64,000 nt of DNA from Escherichia coli (GCF_003334385.1 NZ_QOWN01000001.1), one strand, 5' to 3'; shown: positions 1-13,760, counted from the stretch's first letter. The notes: generated from the letters alone by a model not told the origin. Numbers and translations are program-made.

Positions 1-2
1 AG

Positions 3-125
3 AACTGGACACTGTGCCTGCGCAATGTTGTGAAAGTAAATGGTCTGCAAGACGGTTCGCAGGCTGAAAGTGAGCAGGGGCTGGTGGTGAAGCCTCAAGG
101 GAATGCGCTGACAATTACGTTGTAA
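3..125 (+). CDS. yicI: alpha-xylosidase, C-terminal fragment (gene continues beyond left edge)
   Basis: Frame open from the window edge, ends ...SEQGLVVKPQGNALTITL* (stop 123-125); convergent with yicH as on the E. coli K-12 map; identity by synteny only. Confidence 0.5.
   Translation, partial: NWTLCLRNVVKVNGLQDGSQAESEQGLVVKPQGNALTITL
80..87 (+). other. Chi site GCTGGTGG
   Basis: exact 8-mer on + strand. Confidence 0.9.
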
Positions 126-139
126 TCTATTGATGGAAT

Positions 140-166
140 GCCGGGTACGTCTGAGTCGTACCCGGC
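140..166. terminator. stem-loop between convergent yicI and yicH
   Basis: GCCGGGTACG-N7-CGTACCCGGC, perfect 10-bp stem in the short gap between the two stop codons. Confidence 0.5.
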
Positions 167-177
167 GAGATTGATGT

Positions 178-1887
178 TTACCGCACCGGCTCCGTCGATG
201 TAACTTCACCGCTGGAAACGATGCCAGCATTCATGGTTTGAGTCACTTGCTGCTTTGCGGCGTTCACGGCATGCAATTGCCCGCTAACCGTAGGTTTCAA
301 CGGGACATTGGCCTGAATATCGCCACTGGCGGTAAGCTGAATATTGCCGTCGCCAGTCAACGGTAATTCAGGCCATCCCCACTGTTGCAAAATATTCACC
401 GGCACACCGCGTCCATTCAGGCTGATATGTGTCTGACGTTGTGGCGTTTGTGAAACACTGGCGGTGGCTTCCAGAATGCCTTTTTCAGTAAATGCACTCA
501 GTTCGCTGATATTCACCGTGCTGCTGTTGGCGGTCAGCGCCAGCGACGGGCGACGAACATCAACACGATTGAATGTCGCGGCGGCGGCATTCAGATTCGC
601 CGAGCCACTCCAGACGCCCCATTTATGATCGGTAACCAGCGTCAGGTTGGCACCGTAACCATCGAGCGCGGTGAGCTGCCACGGGAAGTCAGGGTCGATA
701 TCAATGATCAGATTGCGGCTGGCGCTAAATCTCTTCAGTTGCAGGCTGTTTAACCAACCGGGTGTCGTTTCCATCCACAACTGTTGCCAGTTTTTCGGCA
801 AGGTATATTCCAGCCCGGCAATTGCCGCATCATCAAGGATCAACGTTTTCCCGTCACGCAGCCAGTTCCCTGACGTTCTGACCATACCCCCTTCCCAGCG
901 GCTGGTGAACTGGCGCAGCGCTACGCCCTGCGGGGAAAATTCCGTGTTTATAATCGGGTCAAATAAATGCAGCGAACCATAAATGAACTCGCTAGCGTTC
1001 ATCGACAGTTTGCCTTCCTGTGTCTGCCAGTCATCTTTACTGAAGGTCATGTTGCGCAAGCTGAGATCGAGGTCGGTCACCGCCCAGTCCGGACCTTGCA
1101 AACGAGCATCGATCACTTCCAGGCGACCAATCTGCAACGACGGGACAGAGCGTAATGGCGCAAAGAAGTCGGTTAGCGATTTTTCGCTTTGTAGACGTAT
1201 ATCCGCCATGCGCAGGTTTTCCACTTGCCAGCTGCCGTCGGCGTTACGCTGCGCGTTTCCGGTTAATGTCCCGCGGGCGATGTCGGCACCCAGGTTAGTC
1301 AGCGTAACGCGATCGTTATCAATACTGCCTTCAATCAGTACATTGGTGGCAGGAACATCATTGAGCGAAAGCGATCCGGCACTAAACTGAATCTGCGCCT
1401 TCGTACCCAGCACTTTACCGGCTTTTGGTGACCACGGAACTACGCCGCCATTTACCCGCTGCGCGCTCAGTTTCCATTCGCTATTCGGGCTATTAAACGC
1501 CATATCACGCAGTTGCAGACGATCGGCTTTGAACGGTAGCGGCGCGGTCTGGTCGGTGAGATTCAGCGTCCCGTTTTCCAGCAGGATGGTATCGACATGG
1601 CGTGGTTCGGTCAGTTGCCGACTGCTTAGCGCAATGTCGACACTTTTGGCCACCAGGGTCGCGGGCTGGCCATCACGACCAAACGTGACGTTCTCCAGCA
1701 CGATATGAGATGGCGCGGAAAAACGGTGATCCATCGCCCCGAAGGCCAGATGATAGTCGCTATTCTCGGAAACCCATGCGCTGATATGTTCTGCTCCCCA
1801 GCGGGTTTGCAGAAGAAAATAGAGGCCAGCGATCGCCACTAACAGAGCGATGAGAATGTAGAGAAGCAGCTTCCCAATAAATTTCAT
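178..1887 (-). CDS. yicH: AsmA-family envelope protein
   Basis: 577-aa ORF; internal Met at 1887 gives 569 aa starting MKFIGKLLLYILIALLVAIAGLYFLL (N-terminal membrane anchor); recognised as E. coli YicH. Confidence 0.9.
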   Translation of the reverse strand: MKFIGKLLLYILIALLVAIAGLYFLLQTRWGAEHISAWVSENSDYHLAFGAMDHRFSAPSHIVLENVTFGRDGQPATLVAKSVDIALSSRQLTEPRHVDTILLENGTLNLTDQTAPLPFKADRLQLRDMAFNSPNSEWKLSAQRVNGGVVPWSPKAGKVLGTKAQIQFSAGSLSLNDVPATNVLIEGSIDNDRVTLTNLGADIARGTLTGNAQRNADGSWQVENLRMADIRLQSEKSLTDFFAPLRSVPSLQIGRLEVIDARLQGPDWAVTDLDLSLRNMTFSKDDWQTQEGKLSMNASEFIYGSLHLFDPIINTEFSPQGVALRQFTSRWEGGMVRTSGNWLRDGKTLILDDAAIAGLEYTLPKNWQQLWMETTPGWLNSLQLKRFSASRNLIIDIDPDFPWQLTALDGYGANLTLVTDHKWGVWSGSANLNAAAATFNRVDVRRPSLALTANSSTVNISELSAFTEKGILEATASVSQTPQRQTHISLNGRGVPVNILQQWGWPELPLTGDGNIQLTASGDIQANVPLKPTVSGQLHAVNAAKQQVTQTMNAGIVSSGEVTSTEPVR

Positions 1888-1973
1888 GGTCTTCCATCCC
1901 GTGAAATGCACATAAGGGAGTTATGCACGATTTACGCGCAATCCTCAAGGCGGGAATGGTTAAAGAGGTGAGA

Positions 1974-2003
1974 CTGCGGCGGTAATTATCTTACCGCCGC
2001 CAG
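1974..2003 (-). terminator. stem-loop just downstream of xanP
   Basis: CTGCGGCGGTAA-N5-TTACCGCCGC(C)AG inverted repeat abutting the xanP stop; weak T-run on the minus strand. Confidence 0.4.
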
Positions 2004-2007
2004 TGAA

Positions 2008-3399
2008 TTACTGTTTTTCTGGTGGGAAAATCAGATTCAGCACGATGGCAGTAATACCGCCCGCGGCGATCCCGGAGGAGAGCAGGTTTTTCAGCCATTC
2101 AGGGGCAAACTGCAAAATCAGCGGCTGCTGAGACACGCCCAGACCAACCGCCAGCGACAGCGCGATAATCAGAATCGCCCGACGGTTCAGCGGCTCACGA
2201 GAAACGATACGCACACCGGAGGCGGCGATGGTGCCAAACATTACAAGCGTTGCGCCGCCCAGAACCGGTTCTGGAATGTGTTGTACAAAACCGCTCACTG
2301 CCGGGAACAGACCCAGCACGATCAACATCAGCGCGACGACAAAACCGACATAGCGGCTGGCAACACCAGTCAACTGGATCACTCCGTTGTTTTGCCCGAA
2401 GCAGGAGTTCGGGAAGGTGTTAAACACCGCCGAAACAAACGAGTTCAGGCCGTTTGCCAGCACGCCGCCTTTCAGGCGTTTCATGTACAGCGGACCGGAC
2501 ACTGGCTGTTCGGAAACGTCAGAGGTCGCCGTGATATCGCCAATGGTTTCCAGCGAAGTGATCATAAAGACCAGCATCAGCGGCAGCAGCAGACTCCATT
2601 CAATGCCAAGACCGTAATAGAGCGGCGTTGGCACCATAATCAGTTCTTGCGTCATAGGTTCGTTGCTTTCTGGCAACATGCCCATAAACCACGCCAGCGC
2701 ATATCCGGCCGCCATCGCAATTACCAGTGAGGCCACGCGTAAGTAAGGGTTACGTTGACGGTTAAGCAGGATAATTAAGGCTAAGACCACGCCTGCCAGC
2801 AGCAGATTTTTCGGTGCGCCGAAGGTGTTATCGCTCATGGCTGCGTAACCGCCGCCAATGGACGTTAACCCAACCTGAATTAGCGACAGGCCGATAATCA
2901 TCACCACAACGCCAGAAACCAGCGGCGTAATAATGCGGCGCGCCAGATGCAGAACGCGGGAGATCACCATCTCGGTGCAACTTGCCAGCATCAACGTGCC
3001 GAACAAAGCCGCCATCATGGTAGGAACATCAGCACCACCGGTTTTCAGCGCGGTACCGCCCATAATCAGCGGGGCAACAAAGTTGAAGCTGGTGCCCTGA
3101 ATAGACAACAGCCCGGAGCCAACCGGACCCCAGGCCTTAATTTGAATAATCGATGCCACACCGGAGGCAAACAGCGACATACTAATAATGTGTTGCGTGT
3201 CTTGTGCCGGTAAACCCAGCGCCTGGCAGATTAATAGCGCTGGCGTGATCACCGCAACGAACATCGCCAGCAGATGCTGACAGGCGGCAAACAGGGTTTG
3301 AGGAAGCGGCGGACGATCTTCAAGACGGTAAATCAGTTCGCTGTTTTGAGTCTGCGCAACCGGTTGCGCATTTTCTGACTCGAGGGTGGAAACAGACAT
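2008..3399 (-). CDS. xanP: xanthine:H+ symporter (NCS2 family)
   Basis: 466-aa ORF; Met at 3399 gives 463 aa [18 protein letters not shown]..., polytopic membrane protein recognised as XanP/YicE. Confidence 0.95.
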
Positions 3400-3678
3400 C
3401 GAAAACAATCCCGTGGTAGCAAAGCGGGCATTTTAGCTGACCGAAAGAGAAAAGCAAACGTTTGCCACATCCTCATCTAAATATTTAAATGAGATAAATG
3501 CACTTTTTTATATAACTTTTGGTATTTTTCTGCTTAAAATCCATGCCATTTGTTCATTAACAGCTGAGAATTTGACCCAGGAAAGCATAACTCGATACCC
3601 GTCATAGTTCATGAAGTTGCCACTGCGCGATGAAGTATGACGAGTATGAAAGAGTGATGCGGATACAAAGGAGTAACT

Positions 3679-4884
3679 ATGTTTCATCTCGATACTTTAG
3701 CAACGCTTGTTGCCGCAACGCTGACGTTGCTGCTCGGGCGTAAGTTGGTCCATTCCGTCTCCTTTTTGAAGAAATACACCATACCGGAACCTGTTGCGGG
3801 TGGTTTGTTGGTGGCGCTGGCGCTACTAGTACTGAAAAAAAGCATGGGCTGGGAAGTCAACTTTGATATGTCCCTGCGCGATCCGTTAATGCTGGCTTTC
3901 TTCGCCACCATTGGCCTGAACGCCAACATTGCCAGTTTGCGTGCCGGTGGGCGTGTGGTTGGCATCTTCTTGATTGTGGTTGTTGGTCTGTTGGTGATGC
4001 AAAATGCCATTGGCATTGGTATGGCTAGCTTGTTAGGGCTTGATCCGCTGATGGGGCTGTTGGCCGGTTCTATTACGCTTTCCGGCGGTCACGGTACGGG
4101 CGCTGCGTGGAGTAAATTGTTCATTGAACGTTATGGCTTCACCAATGCGACGGAAGTGGCGATGGCCTGTGCAACGTTCGGTCTGGTGCTGGGCGGCTTG
4201 ATTGGCGGTCCGGTGGCGCGCTATCTGGTGAAACACTCCACCACGCCGAACGGTATTCCGGATGACCAGGAAGTCCCGACGGCGTTTGAAAAGCCGGATG
4301 TGGGACGCATGATCACCTCGTTGGTGCTGATTGAAACTATCGCGCTGATTGCTATCTGCCTGACGGTGGGGAAAATTGTTGCGCAACTTTTGGCTGGCAC
4401 TGCTTTTGAACTGCCGACCTTCGTCTGTGTACTGTTTGTTGGCGTGATTCTGAGCAACGGTCTGTCAATAATGGGCTTTTACCGCGTCTTTGAGCGTGCG
4501 GTATCCGTGCTGGGTAACGTAAGCTTGTCGTTGTTCCTGGCGATGGCGTTGATGGGGCTGAAACTGTGGGAGCTGGCTTCGCTGGCGCTGCCGATGCTGG
4601 CGATTCTGGTGGTACAGACCATCTTCATGGCGTTGTATGCCATCTTCGTTACCTGGCGCATGATGGGCAAAAACTACGATGCGGCAGTGCTGGCTGCGGG
4701 TCACTGTGGTTTTGGCCTCGGTGCAACGCCAACGGCAATCGCCAACATGCAGGCGATCACTGAACGCTTTGGCCCGTCGCACATGGCGTTTTTGGTGGTG
4801 CCGATGGTCGGTGCGTTCTTTATCGATATCGTCAATGCGCTGGTAATTAAGTTGTATTTGATGTTGCCGATTTTTGCCGGTTAA
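3679..4884 (+). CDS. gltS: sodium/glutamate symporter
   Basis: 401-aa polytopic ORF MFHLDTLATLVAATLTLLLG... recognised as GltS; AAGGAG 7 nt upstream. Confidence 0.95.
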   Translation: MFHLDTLATLVAATLTLLLGRKLVHSVSFLKKYTIPEPVAGGLLVALALLVLKKSMGWEVNFDMSLRDPLMLAFFATIGLNANIASLRAGGRVVGIFLIVVVGLLVMQNAIGIGMASLLGLDPLMGLLAGSITLSGGHGTGAAWSKLFIERYGFTNATEVAMACATFGLVLGGLIGGPVARYLVKHSTTPNGIPDDQEVPTAFEKPDVGRMITSLVLIETIALIAICLTVGKIVAQLLAGTAFELPTFVCVLFVGVILSNGLSIMGFYRVFERAVSVLGNVSLSLFLAMALMGLKLWELASLALPMLAILVVQTIFMALYAIFVTWRMMGKNYDAAVLAAGHCGFGLGATPTAIANMQAITERFGPSHMAFLVVPMVGAFFIDIVNALVIKLYLMLPIFAG

Positions 4885-4892
4885 CCGATGAA

Positions 4893-4914
4893 GCGGCGGT
4901 AGAAGTGCCGCCGC
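4893..4914 (+). terminator. GC-rich stem-loop after gltS
   Basis: GCGGCGG-N8-CCGCCGC 9 nt after the gltS stop; no clear T-run, so weak call. Confidence 0.35.
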
Positions 4915-4927
4915 AACAAAGACAAAT

Positions 4928-5007
4928 GCCTGATACGCTTCGCTTATCAAGCCTGCGTATTGATTCATAATTTATTGAATTTGTAGGGTGATGAATCGCA
5001 TCCGGCA
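4928..5007. repeat. pair of degenerate REP elements in opposite orientation (BIME-like)
   Basis: GCCTGATACGCTTCGCTTATCAAGCCTGC and GTAGGGTGATGAATCGCATCCGGCA resemble the REP consensus (GCC(G/T)GATGCG...CTTATC(C/A)GGCCTAC). Confidence 0.5.
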
Positions 5008-5052
5008 GGAAGGTAGGGTAACCTGAAATGGCGGTCTTCTCACTGCCGCCTT

Positions 5053-7134
5053 TTACGCATTCGAGTAACGTTCCGTCTCCGGCATCCAGCGTTCTATCAG
5101 GGCTTTTGCCTGTTGTGGGTAACGTTCGTGAATATGGCGTGCCAGGCGCTGAACTTCCGGGATCATCGCCTGATCGCGCAGTAAATCCGCCACTTTAAAT
5201 TCAGCATTACCCGTCTGACGCGTGCCTAACAATTCGCCAGGGCCGCGAATCTCCAGATCTTTTTGCGCAATCACAAAACCGTCGTTACTGTCGCGCAGCA
5301 CTTGCAGGCGAATTTGCGCCGTTTTAGAAAGCGGCGTTTTGTAGAGCAGCACGCAGTGAGAAGCCACCGCGCCACGACCTACGCGCCCGCGCAGCTGGTG
5401 TAACTGCGCCAGACCCAGACGCTCCGGGTTTTCGATAATCATCAGACTGGCGTTAGGCACATCAACGCCGACTTCAATAACGGTTGTGGCAACCAGCAGG
5501 TGTAGCTCACCTTGTTTAAACGACGCCATCACCGCCTGTTTCTCGGCAGGTTTCATCCGCCCGTGTACCAGGCCAACGTTCAACTCTGGTAGCGCCAGTT
5601 TCAACTCTTCCCAGGTAGCTTCCGCCGCCTGCGCTTCCAGCAATTCCGACTCTTCAATCAACGTACAAACCCAGTATGCCTGACGACCTTCAGTTATGCA
5701 GGCGTGGTGCACGCGGTCAATGATGTCGGTACGGCGGGTATCAGGAATAGCGACCGTAGTCACTGGCGTGCGGCCTGGCGGCAGCTCATCTATCACCGAG
5801 GTATCGAGATCGGCATACGCAGTCATTGCCAGCGTGCGGGGGATCGGCGTGGCGGTCATGATCAACTGATGCGGATGGAAGCCCTGCTGCTGGCCTTTCT
5901 CCCACAATGCCAGACGCTGATGCACGCCAAAACGATGCTGTTCGTCGATAATCACCAGCGCCAGGCCGTTAAACTGCACCTGTTCCTGGAAGATGGCGTG
6001 TGTACCGACAATCATCTGCACCTGACCGCTGGCGATGGCTTCCTGCTGTGCCAGCCGTGCTTTACCTTTCTGCTTACCGGCGAGCCAGCCCACTTCGATA
6101 CCGAGCGGTGCAAACCAGTTGCGGAAGTTATTGGCGTGCTGCTCGGCGAGTAATTCGGTTGGTGCCATCAATGCTACCTGTTTGCCGTGGGCAATCGCAC
6201 GCAACGCGGCGAGGGCGGCGACCAGCGTTTTACCGGAACCTACATCGCCCTGCACCAGACGCATCATCGGCACATCCAGCGCCATATCGCGCTCGATCTC
6301 CGCCACTACGCGTGCCTGTGCGCCCGTTGGCTTGAACGGTAAGGCGGCGAGGAGTTTATTTTTCAGCGTGTCATTGGCGCTCAGCGGCTGGGCATGAAAA
6401 CGCTGTGCTCCGGCACGTAAGGCTAACATGCTGAGGTTGTGCGCCAGCAGTTCTTCCAGAATCAGACGACGTTGCGCCGGATGCTGCCCGGTTTCCAGAT
6501 CGCTAAGCTGTAGCGTCGGTGGCGGGCGGTGCAAAGTGCGCAACGCTTCCGGTAGCGTCATCATTCCTTGTGACAGTTCCGGCGGCAGGAGTTCTTCAAT
6601 GGCGCAGGTGTCGAGCAGATCCAGCGCCTGGTCGGTTAATTTACGCAGCGTGGCCTGCTTTACGCCTTCCGTTGTTGGATAAACCGGCGTGAGCGTTTCC
6701 TGTAATTCTGGCGTGCTGAGATCGCCCTGCACGCGGTATTCCGGGTGGATCATCTCCGCACCATATTTACCGCGCTTTGCTTCGCCATAAGCCAGTACAC
6801 GGCGGCCCGCCGCCAGGCTATTTTTCATTGCCGCGCTGAAATTGAAAAAGCGCATGGTGAGGATGCCGGAACCGTCGCTGATCTGGCAGGTCATCATCCG
6901 CCGACCGCCGAAGGAGATATTGCAGTTCAGCACTTCGCCTTCCACCGTGGCATAAACGCCCGGCAGTAGTTCTCCGATGGGGTAGAGATGGGTGCGATCT
7001 TCGTAGCGCAGGGGAAGGTGTAAGAGTAGATCCTGCACGGTATGCAGGTTGATTTTCGCCAGTTTGTTACTAAGTGCTGCGCCAACGCCCGTTAGGGAAC
7101 TGAGTGGGACAGCATCTAACAGGCGACCTTTCAT
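5053..7134 (-). CDS. recG: ATP-dependent DNA helicase RecG
   Basis: 704-aa ORF; Met at 7134 gives 693 aa MKGRLLDAVPLSSLTGVG...; Walker A GDVGSGKT and DEQH box (VIIDEQHRFG). Confidence 0.95.
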   Translation of the reverse strand: MKGRLLDAVPLSSLTGVGAALSNKLAKINLHTVQDLLLHLPLRYEDRTHLYPIGELLPGVYATVEGEVLNCNISFGGRRMMTCQISDGSGILTMRFFNFSAAMKNSLAAGRRVLAYGEAKRGKYGAEMIHPEYRVQGDLSTPELQETLTPVYPTTEGVKQATLRKLTDQALDLLDTCAIEELLPPELSQGMMTLPEALRTLHRPPPTLQLSDLETGQHPAQRRLILEELLAHNLSMLALRAGAQRFHAQPLSANDTLKNKLLAALPFKPTGAQARVVAEIERDMALDVPMMRLVQGDVGSGKTLVAALAALRAIAHGKQVALMAPTELLAEQHANNFRNWFAPLGIEVGWLAGKQKGKARLAQQEAIASGQVQMIVGTHAIFQEQVQFNGLALVIIDEQHRFGVHQRLALWEKGQQQGFHPHQLIMTATPIPRTLAMTAYADLDTSVIDELPPGRTPVTTVAIPDTRRTDIIDRVHHACITEGRQAYWVCTLIEESELLEAQAAEATWEELKLALPELNVGLVHGRMKPAEKQAVMASFKQGELHLLVATTVIEVGVDVPNASLMIIENPERLGLAQLHQLRGRVGRGAVASHCVLLYKTPLSKTAQIRLQVLRDSNDGFVIAQKDLEIRGPGELLGTRQTGNAEFKVADLLRDQAMIPEVQRLARHIHERYPQQAKALIERWMPETERYSNA

Positions 7135-7139
7135 GGCAC

Positions 7140-7829
7140 TTACCCTGCAGCCTGCATAGTAGCCCACCAGTCGGCATCAGCTTCGATCTCGCCTTGCTGA
7201 TTGACGTGGGGATAAGGCAGGCCTTTGCGTTTTGCGACTTTCGCCAGCACCGGATAGCCGCCTTCAAACAACAGGCGTTGTTGCTCTGCTTCCGGCAACA
7301 TGCTGTTTTCACGCAGGTACATGCCTGCATTTTGCCGCTGACGCTGGGCTTCGTAAAGAATGAGGGCTGAGGCAACGGAAACATTCAGCGACTGCACCAT
7401 GCCGATCATCGGAATGATGATGTCCTGATCCGCCAGGGCCAATGCTTCCTGCGTGATGCCCGTTTTCTCCTGTCCCATCAAAATGCAGGTCGGGCGAGTG
7501 TAATCAATTTCGCGGAAATCGACAGCGTTATCAGAAAGATGGGTTGCCAGAATCTGCATGCCCTGGCCTTTGAGATGAGCGACGGCATCGCCAATGGTGC
7601 GGTGTGTTTTCACCTGTACCCAGCTGTTACTACCCGCCGCTGCCGAAGCCATGGTGCGCATGCGGCTACCAGGCCAGACGGCGTGAACTTCATGTACGCC
7701 AACGGCATCTGCGGTACGAATAATCGCAGAAACGTTATGAGGTTTGTGGACCTGCTCCATGCAGACGGTCAGATCAGGCTGCCGCCTGGCGAGCATTTCG
7801 CAGATGCGTGCATAACGTGTTGGGTTCAT
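7140..7829 (-). CDS. trmH: tRNA (Gm18) 2'-O-methyltransferase (SpoU family)
   Basis: 229-aa ORF MNPTRYARICEMLARRQPDLTVCMEQVHKPHN... recognised as TrmH/SpoU; sits between spoT and recG. Confidence 0.95.
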   Translation of the reverse strand: MNPTRYARICEMLARRQPDLTVCMEQVHKPHNVSAIIRTADAVGVHEVHAVWPGSRMRTMASAAAGSNSWVQVKTHRTIGDAVAHLKGQGMQILATHLSDNAVDFREIDYTRPTCILMGQEKTGITQEALALADQDIIIPMIGMVQSLNVSVASALILYEAQRQRQNAGMYLRENSMLPEAEQQRLLFEGGYPVLAKVAKRKGLPYPHVNQQGEIEADADWWATMQAAG

Positions 7830-7835
7830 AAAACA

Positions 7836-9944
7836 TTAATTTCGGTTTCGGGTGACTTTAATCACGTCTGGCATCACGCGGATTTTGCGCATGATATTCG
7901 CCAGATGCACACGGTCACGAGCGGTCAGACGAATAAAGGCGCTGTAGACGCGACCATCTTTCTCTTCCGTATTCAAACTTTGAATATTCGAAGTCGTGGT
8001 GTTAATTGCCGCCGTCAGGTTTGCCAGCGCACCCTGATGATTGAACATCTCCACCTTGATTTCGGTGATGAACTCCTGCGCCGTCTCTTTATCCCATTCC
8101 ACAGCCATAAACTTCTCTGGCTCTTTCTGGTAGCCACGGATATTACGGCAGGATTCATGGTGGATCACCAGACCTTTACCGGGGCTGACGTGGGCGATAA
8201 TCGGGTCGCCAGGAATAGGGCGGCAGCATTTCGCAAAGGTGATCAGCACGCCATCGGCACCTTTAATGGGCAGATGTCCGTGGCTTTGGGTTGCCGGTGG
8301 AATGGAGGCGTCCCCATGTTGCAGATTTTTCGCGACCACCACGCTCATTGCGTTACCAAGTCCGATTTCTGCCAGCAGATCGTCAAGCGTTGCCAGCTTC
8401 ATGCGATCCAGCTCGCGCTGAATATTTTCCTGCGGGATTTCATTCAGCTTACGGCTACCACCCAAAGCATGGTTGAGCAGACGACGGCCCAGGCTTACAG
8501 AATCATCACGCTTGAGGTTTTTCAGCAACTGACGAATTTTGGCGCGCGCTTTCGAGCTAACGACAAAGTTCAGCCAAGCGGCATTCGGGCGAGCGCCCGG
8601 AGCGGTAATGATTTCAACGGTTTGACCGCTGGTAAGCGGCTGCGACAGCGGGTAAGGCTGGCGGTCAACGCGTGCGCCCACGCAGGCATGACCGATATCG
8701 GTATGCACTGCATAAGCGAAGTCGACGGGCGTTGCACCGGCAGGCAGCTCGACAATGCGCCCTTCCGGTGTGAAAACGTAAATCTCATCCGGGAAGAGAT
8801 CGGATTTAACGCTCTCGATAAATTCAAACGAACTACCGGCGCTCTGTTGCAGCTCCAGCAGGCTTTGCATCCAGCGCTGGGCGCGGATTTGTGCGGTAGT
8901 ACTGGTTTCGCCGTGCTCTTTATAAGCCCAGTGCGCGGCAACACCCATCTCCGCCATCTGGTCCATATCTTCGGTACGGATCTGGACCTCAACCGGCACA
9001 CCGTGCGGGCCGATCATCGAGGTGTGCAAAGACTGATAGCCGTTCGCTTTTGGAATGGCGATATAGTCTTTCACGCGGCCCGGACGCGGCTTGTACAGGC
9101 TGTGCATCTGGCCCAGCACGCGATAACAGGTGTCAGAATCATTGACGATCACGCGGAAAGCGTAGATGTCCATGATCGAGTGAAAACGCTGCTCTTTGAG
9201 CACCATTTTGCAGTAAATCGAATAAAGATGCTTCTCGCGACCACTGACGCGGCACGGTATTCCCGCTTCCTGCAAACGCCCTTCGATTTCAGAAAGAATC
9301 TTCTGGATCATCTCTTTACGGTTGCCGCGCGCGGCTTTCACCACTTCTTTGATTACGCGATAACGGTTGGGATACAGCGCCTCAAAACCCAGCTCTTCGA
9401 GTTCGGTTTTAATGTGGTGGATACCTAAACGGTGCGCCAGCGGGCTATAAATTTCGAGAGTTTCACGGGCGATGCGGCGACGTTTGTCCGGGCGAAGTGA
9501 GCCCAGCGTGCGCATGTTGTGGGTACGGTCGGCAAGTTTGATGAGGATGACGCGGATATCCTGCACCATCGCCATAATCATCTTGCGAAAGTTTTCGGCC
9601 TGCGCCTCTTTCTTATCGCGGAACTTGAGTTTATCAAGTTTCGACACCCCCTCTACCAGCTCGGCGACGCTTTTACCAAAAAGCTGTTCCATATCCTGGT
9701 AGGTGGCGGGAGTATCTTCAATCACGTCATGCAGCAGCGCCGCCATCAGCGTTTCATAGTCGAGTTTCATCTCGGCCAGAATGCAGGCAACCGCTACCGG
9801 GTGCGTGATATAGGGTTCACCGCTTGAACGTGTTTGCCCCTCGTGAGCATCACGTGCAACGAGATACGCCTGCCGCAGACGCTTGATTTGGTCTTCCGGC
9901 AGGTAGGTTTGAATCAGTTGATTCAGGCTTTCAAACAGATACAA
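7836..9944 (-). CDS. spoT: bifunctional (p)ppGpp synthase/hydrolase
   Basis: 702-aa ORF with TTG start; HD motif (LLHDVIEDT), RelA/SpoT synthetase region, TGS and ACT-like C-terminus. Confidence 0.97.
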   Translation of the reverse strand: MYLFESLNQLIQTYLPEDQIKRLRQAYLVARDAHEGQTRSSGEPYITHPVAVACILAEMKLDYETLMAALLHDVIEDTPATYQDMEQLFGKSVAELVEGVSKLDKLKFRDKKEAQAENFRKMIMAMVQDIRVILIKLADRTHNMRTLGSLRPDKRRRIARETLEIYSPLAHRLGIHHIKTELEELGFEALYPNRYRVIKEVVKAARGNRKEMIQKILSEIEGRLQEAGIPCRVSGREKHLYSIYCKMVLKEQRFHSIMDIYAFRVIVNDSDTCYRVLGQMHSLYKPRPGRVKDYIAIPKANGYQSLHTSMIGPHGVPVEVQIRTEDMDQMAEMGVAAHWAYKEHGETSTTAQIRAQRWMQSLLELQQSAGSSFEFIESVKSDLFPDEIYVFTPEGRIVELPAGATPVDFAYAVHTDIGHACVGARVDRQPYPLSQPLTSGQTVEIITAPGARPNAAWLNFVVSSKARAKIRQLLKNLKRDDSVSLGRRLLNHALGGSRKLNEIPQENIQRELDRMKLATLDDLLAEIGLGNAMSVVVAKNLQHGDASIPPATQSHGHLPIKGADGVLITFAKCCRPIPGDPIIAHVSPGKGLVIHHESCRNIRGYQKEPEKFMAVEWDKETAQEFITEIKVEMFNHQGALANLTAAINTTTSNIQSLNTEEKDGRVYSAFIRLTARDRVHLANIMRKIRVMPDVIKVTRNRN

Positions 9945-9962
9945 GGGCGACCCGCTTTGTGA

Positions 9963-10238
9963 TTAACGACGACCTTCAGCAATAGCGGTAACGGCTTGTA
10001 ATTCAGCGGCTTCCTGCTCTTGCTGTTCCTGGCGTTCGCGAACGTCGAGGATCTGGTTGTTGATCAGACCTTCTTCGATTTCGCGCAGCGCGATTACAGT
10101 GGTTTTATCGTTTTCTTCCGGTACCAGCGGATCCTTTCCGCCTACCTGCATCTGACGAGCGCGACGCGCGGCGACCAGTACCAGGTCAAAACGGTTACCA
10201 ATTTTCTCTACAGCGTCCTGAACAGTTACGCGTGCCAT
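9963..10238 (-). CDS. rpoZ: RNA polymerase omega subunit
   Basis: 91-aa [34 protein letters not shown]... Confidence 0.97.
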
Positions 10239-10292
10239 ACTTAAAAAGCTCCACAGGTGAAGAAATGACTGGGCATGATACTGAAATCAGGT

Positions 10293-13470
<3,178 letters not shown>

Positions 13471-13760
13471 GGTTCTCTCCCTAAAAATCTGTCTGGCAGG
13501 GTAGCGATTTGTGCGCATTGTCACGATTGAGATTTTTTAAGGGGAGGGGAAATTGATAACTTGTAGTTATGTGAAATCGCTATTTTCTGTAGCAGAGATG
13601 CATTCTTCTGACTTCTTGTCTGAGAAAATGCATAAGAAAAAATAGGTTAAAACTGAGGGGGGAAAAGAAAGGTGCAATATTTAGCCATTGTGTTCACTGC
13701 ACCTGGACCTTGGCTTACGCATCGGGTGTCTCAATCAACAAAAAGAGTTTTTAGTTTCTG

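Noticed and set aside
3611-3640. 9-codon uORF (MKLPLRDEV*) in the gltS leader
   Set aside because: No SD and no obvious coupling to a terminator or anti-terminator structure.
7539-9428. 629-aa + strand ORF antisense to trmH and spoT, the longest unexplained ORF in the track
   Set aside because: Its codons are exactly aligned with the trmH and spoT codons on the other strand, so it is open only because those genes lack TTA, CTA and TCA codons over this stretch. It ends at the spoT TTA codon at 9426-9428. The product is Arg/His/Cys-rich low-complexity, with no SD. This is a classic shadow ORF.
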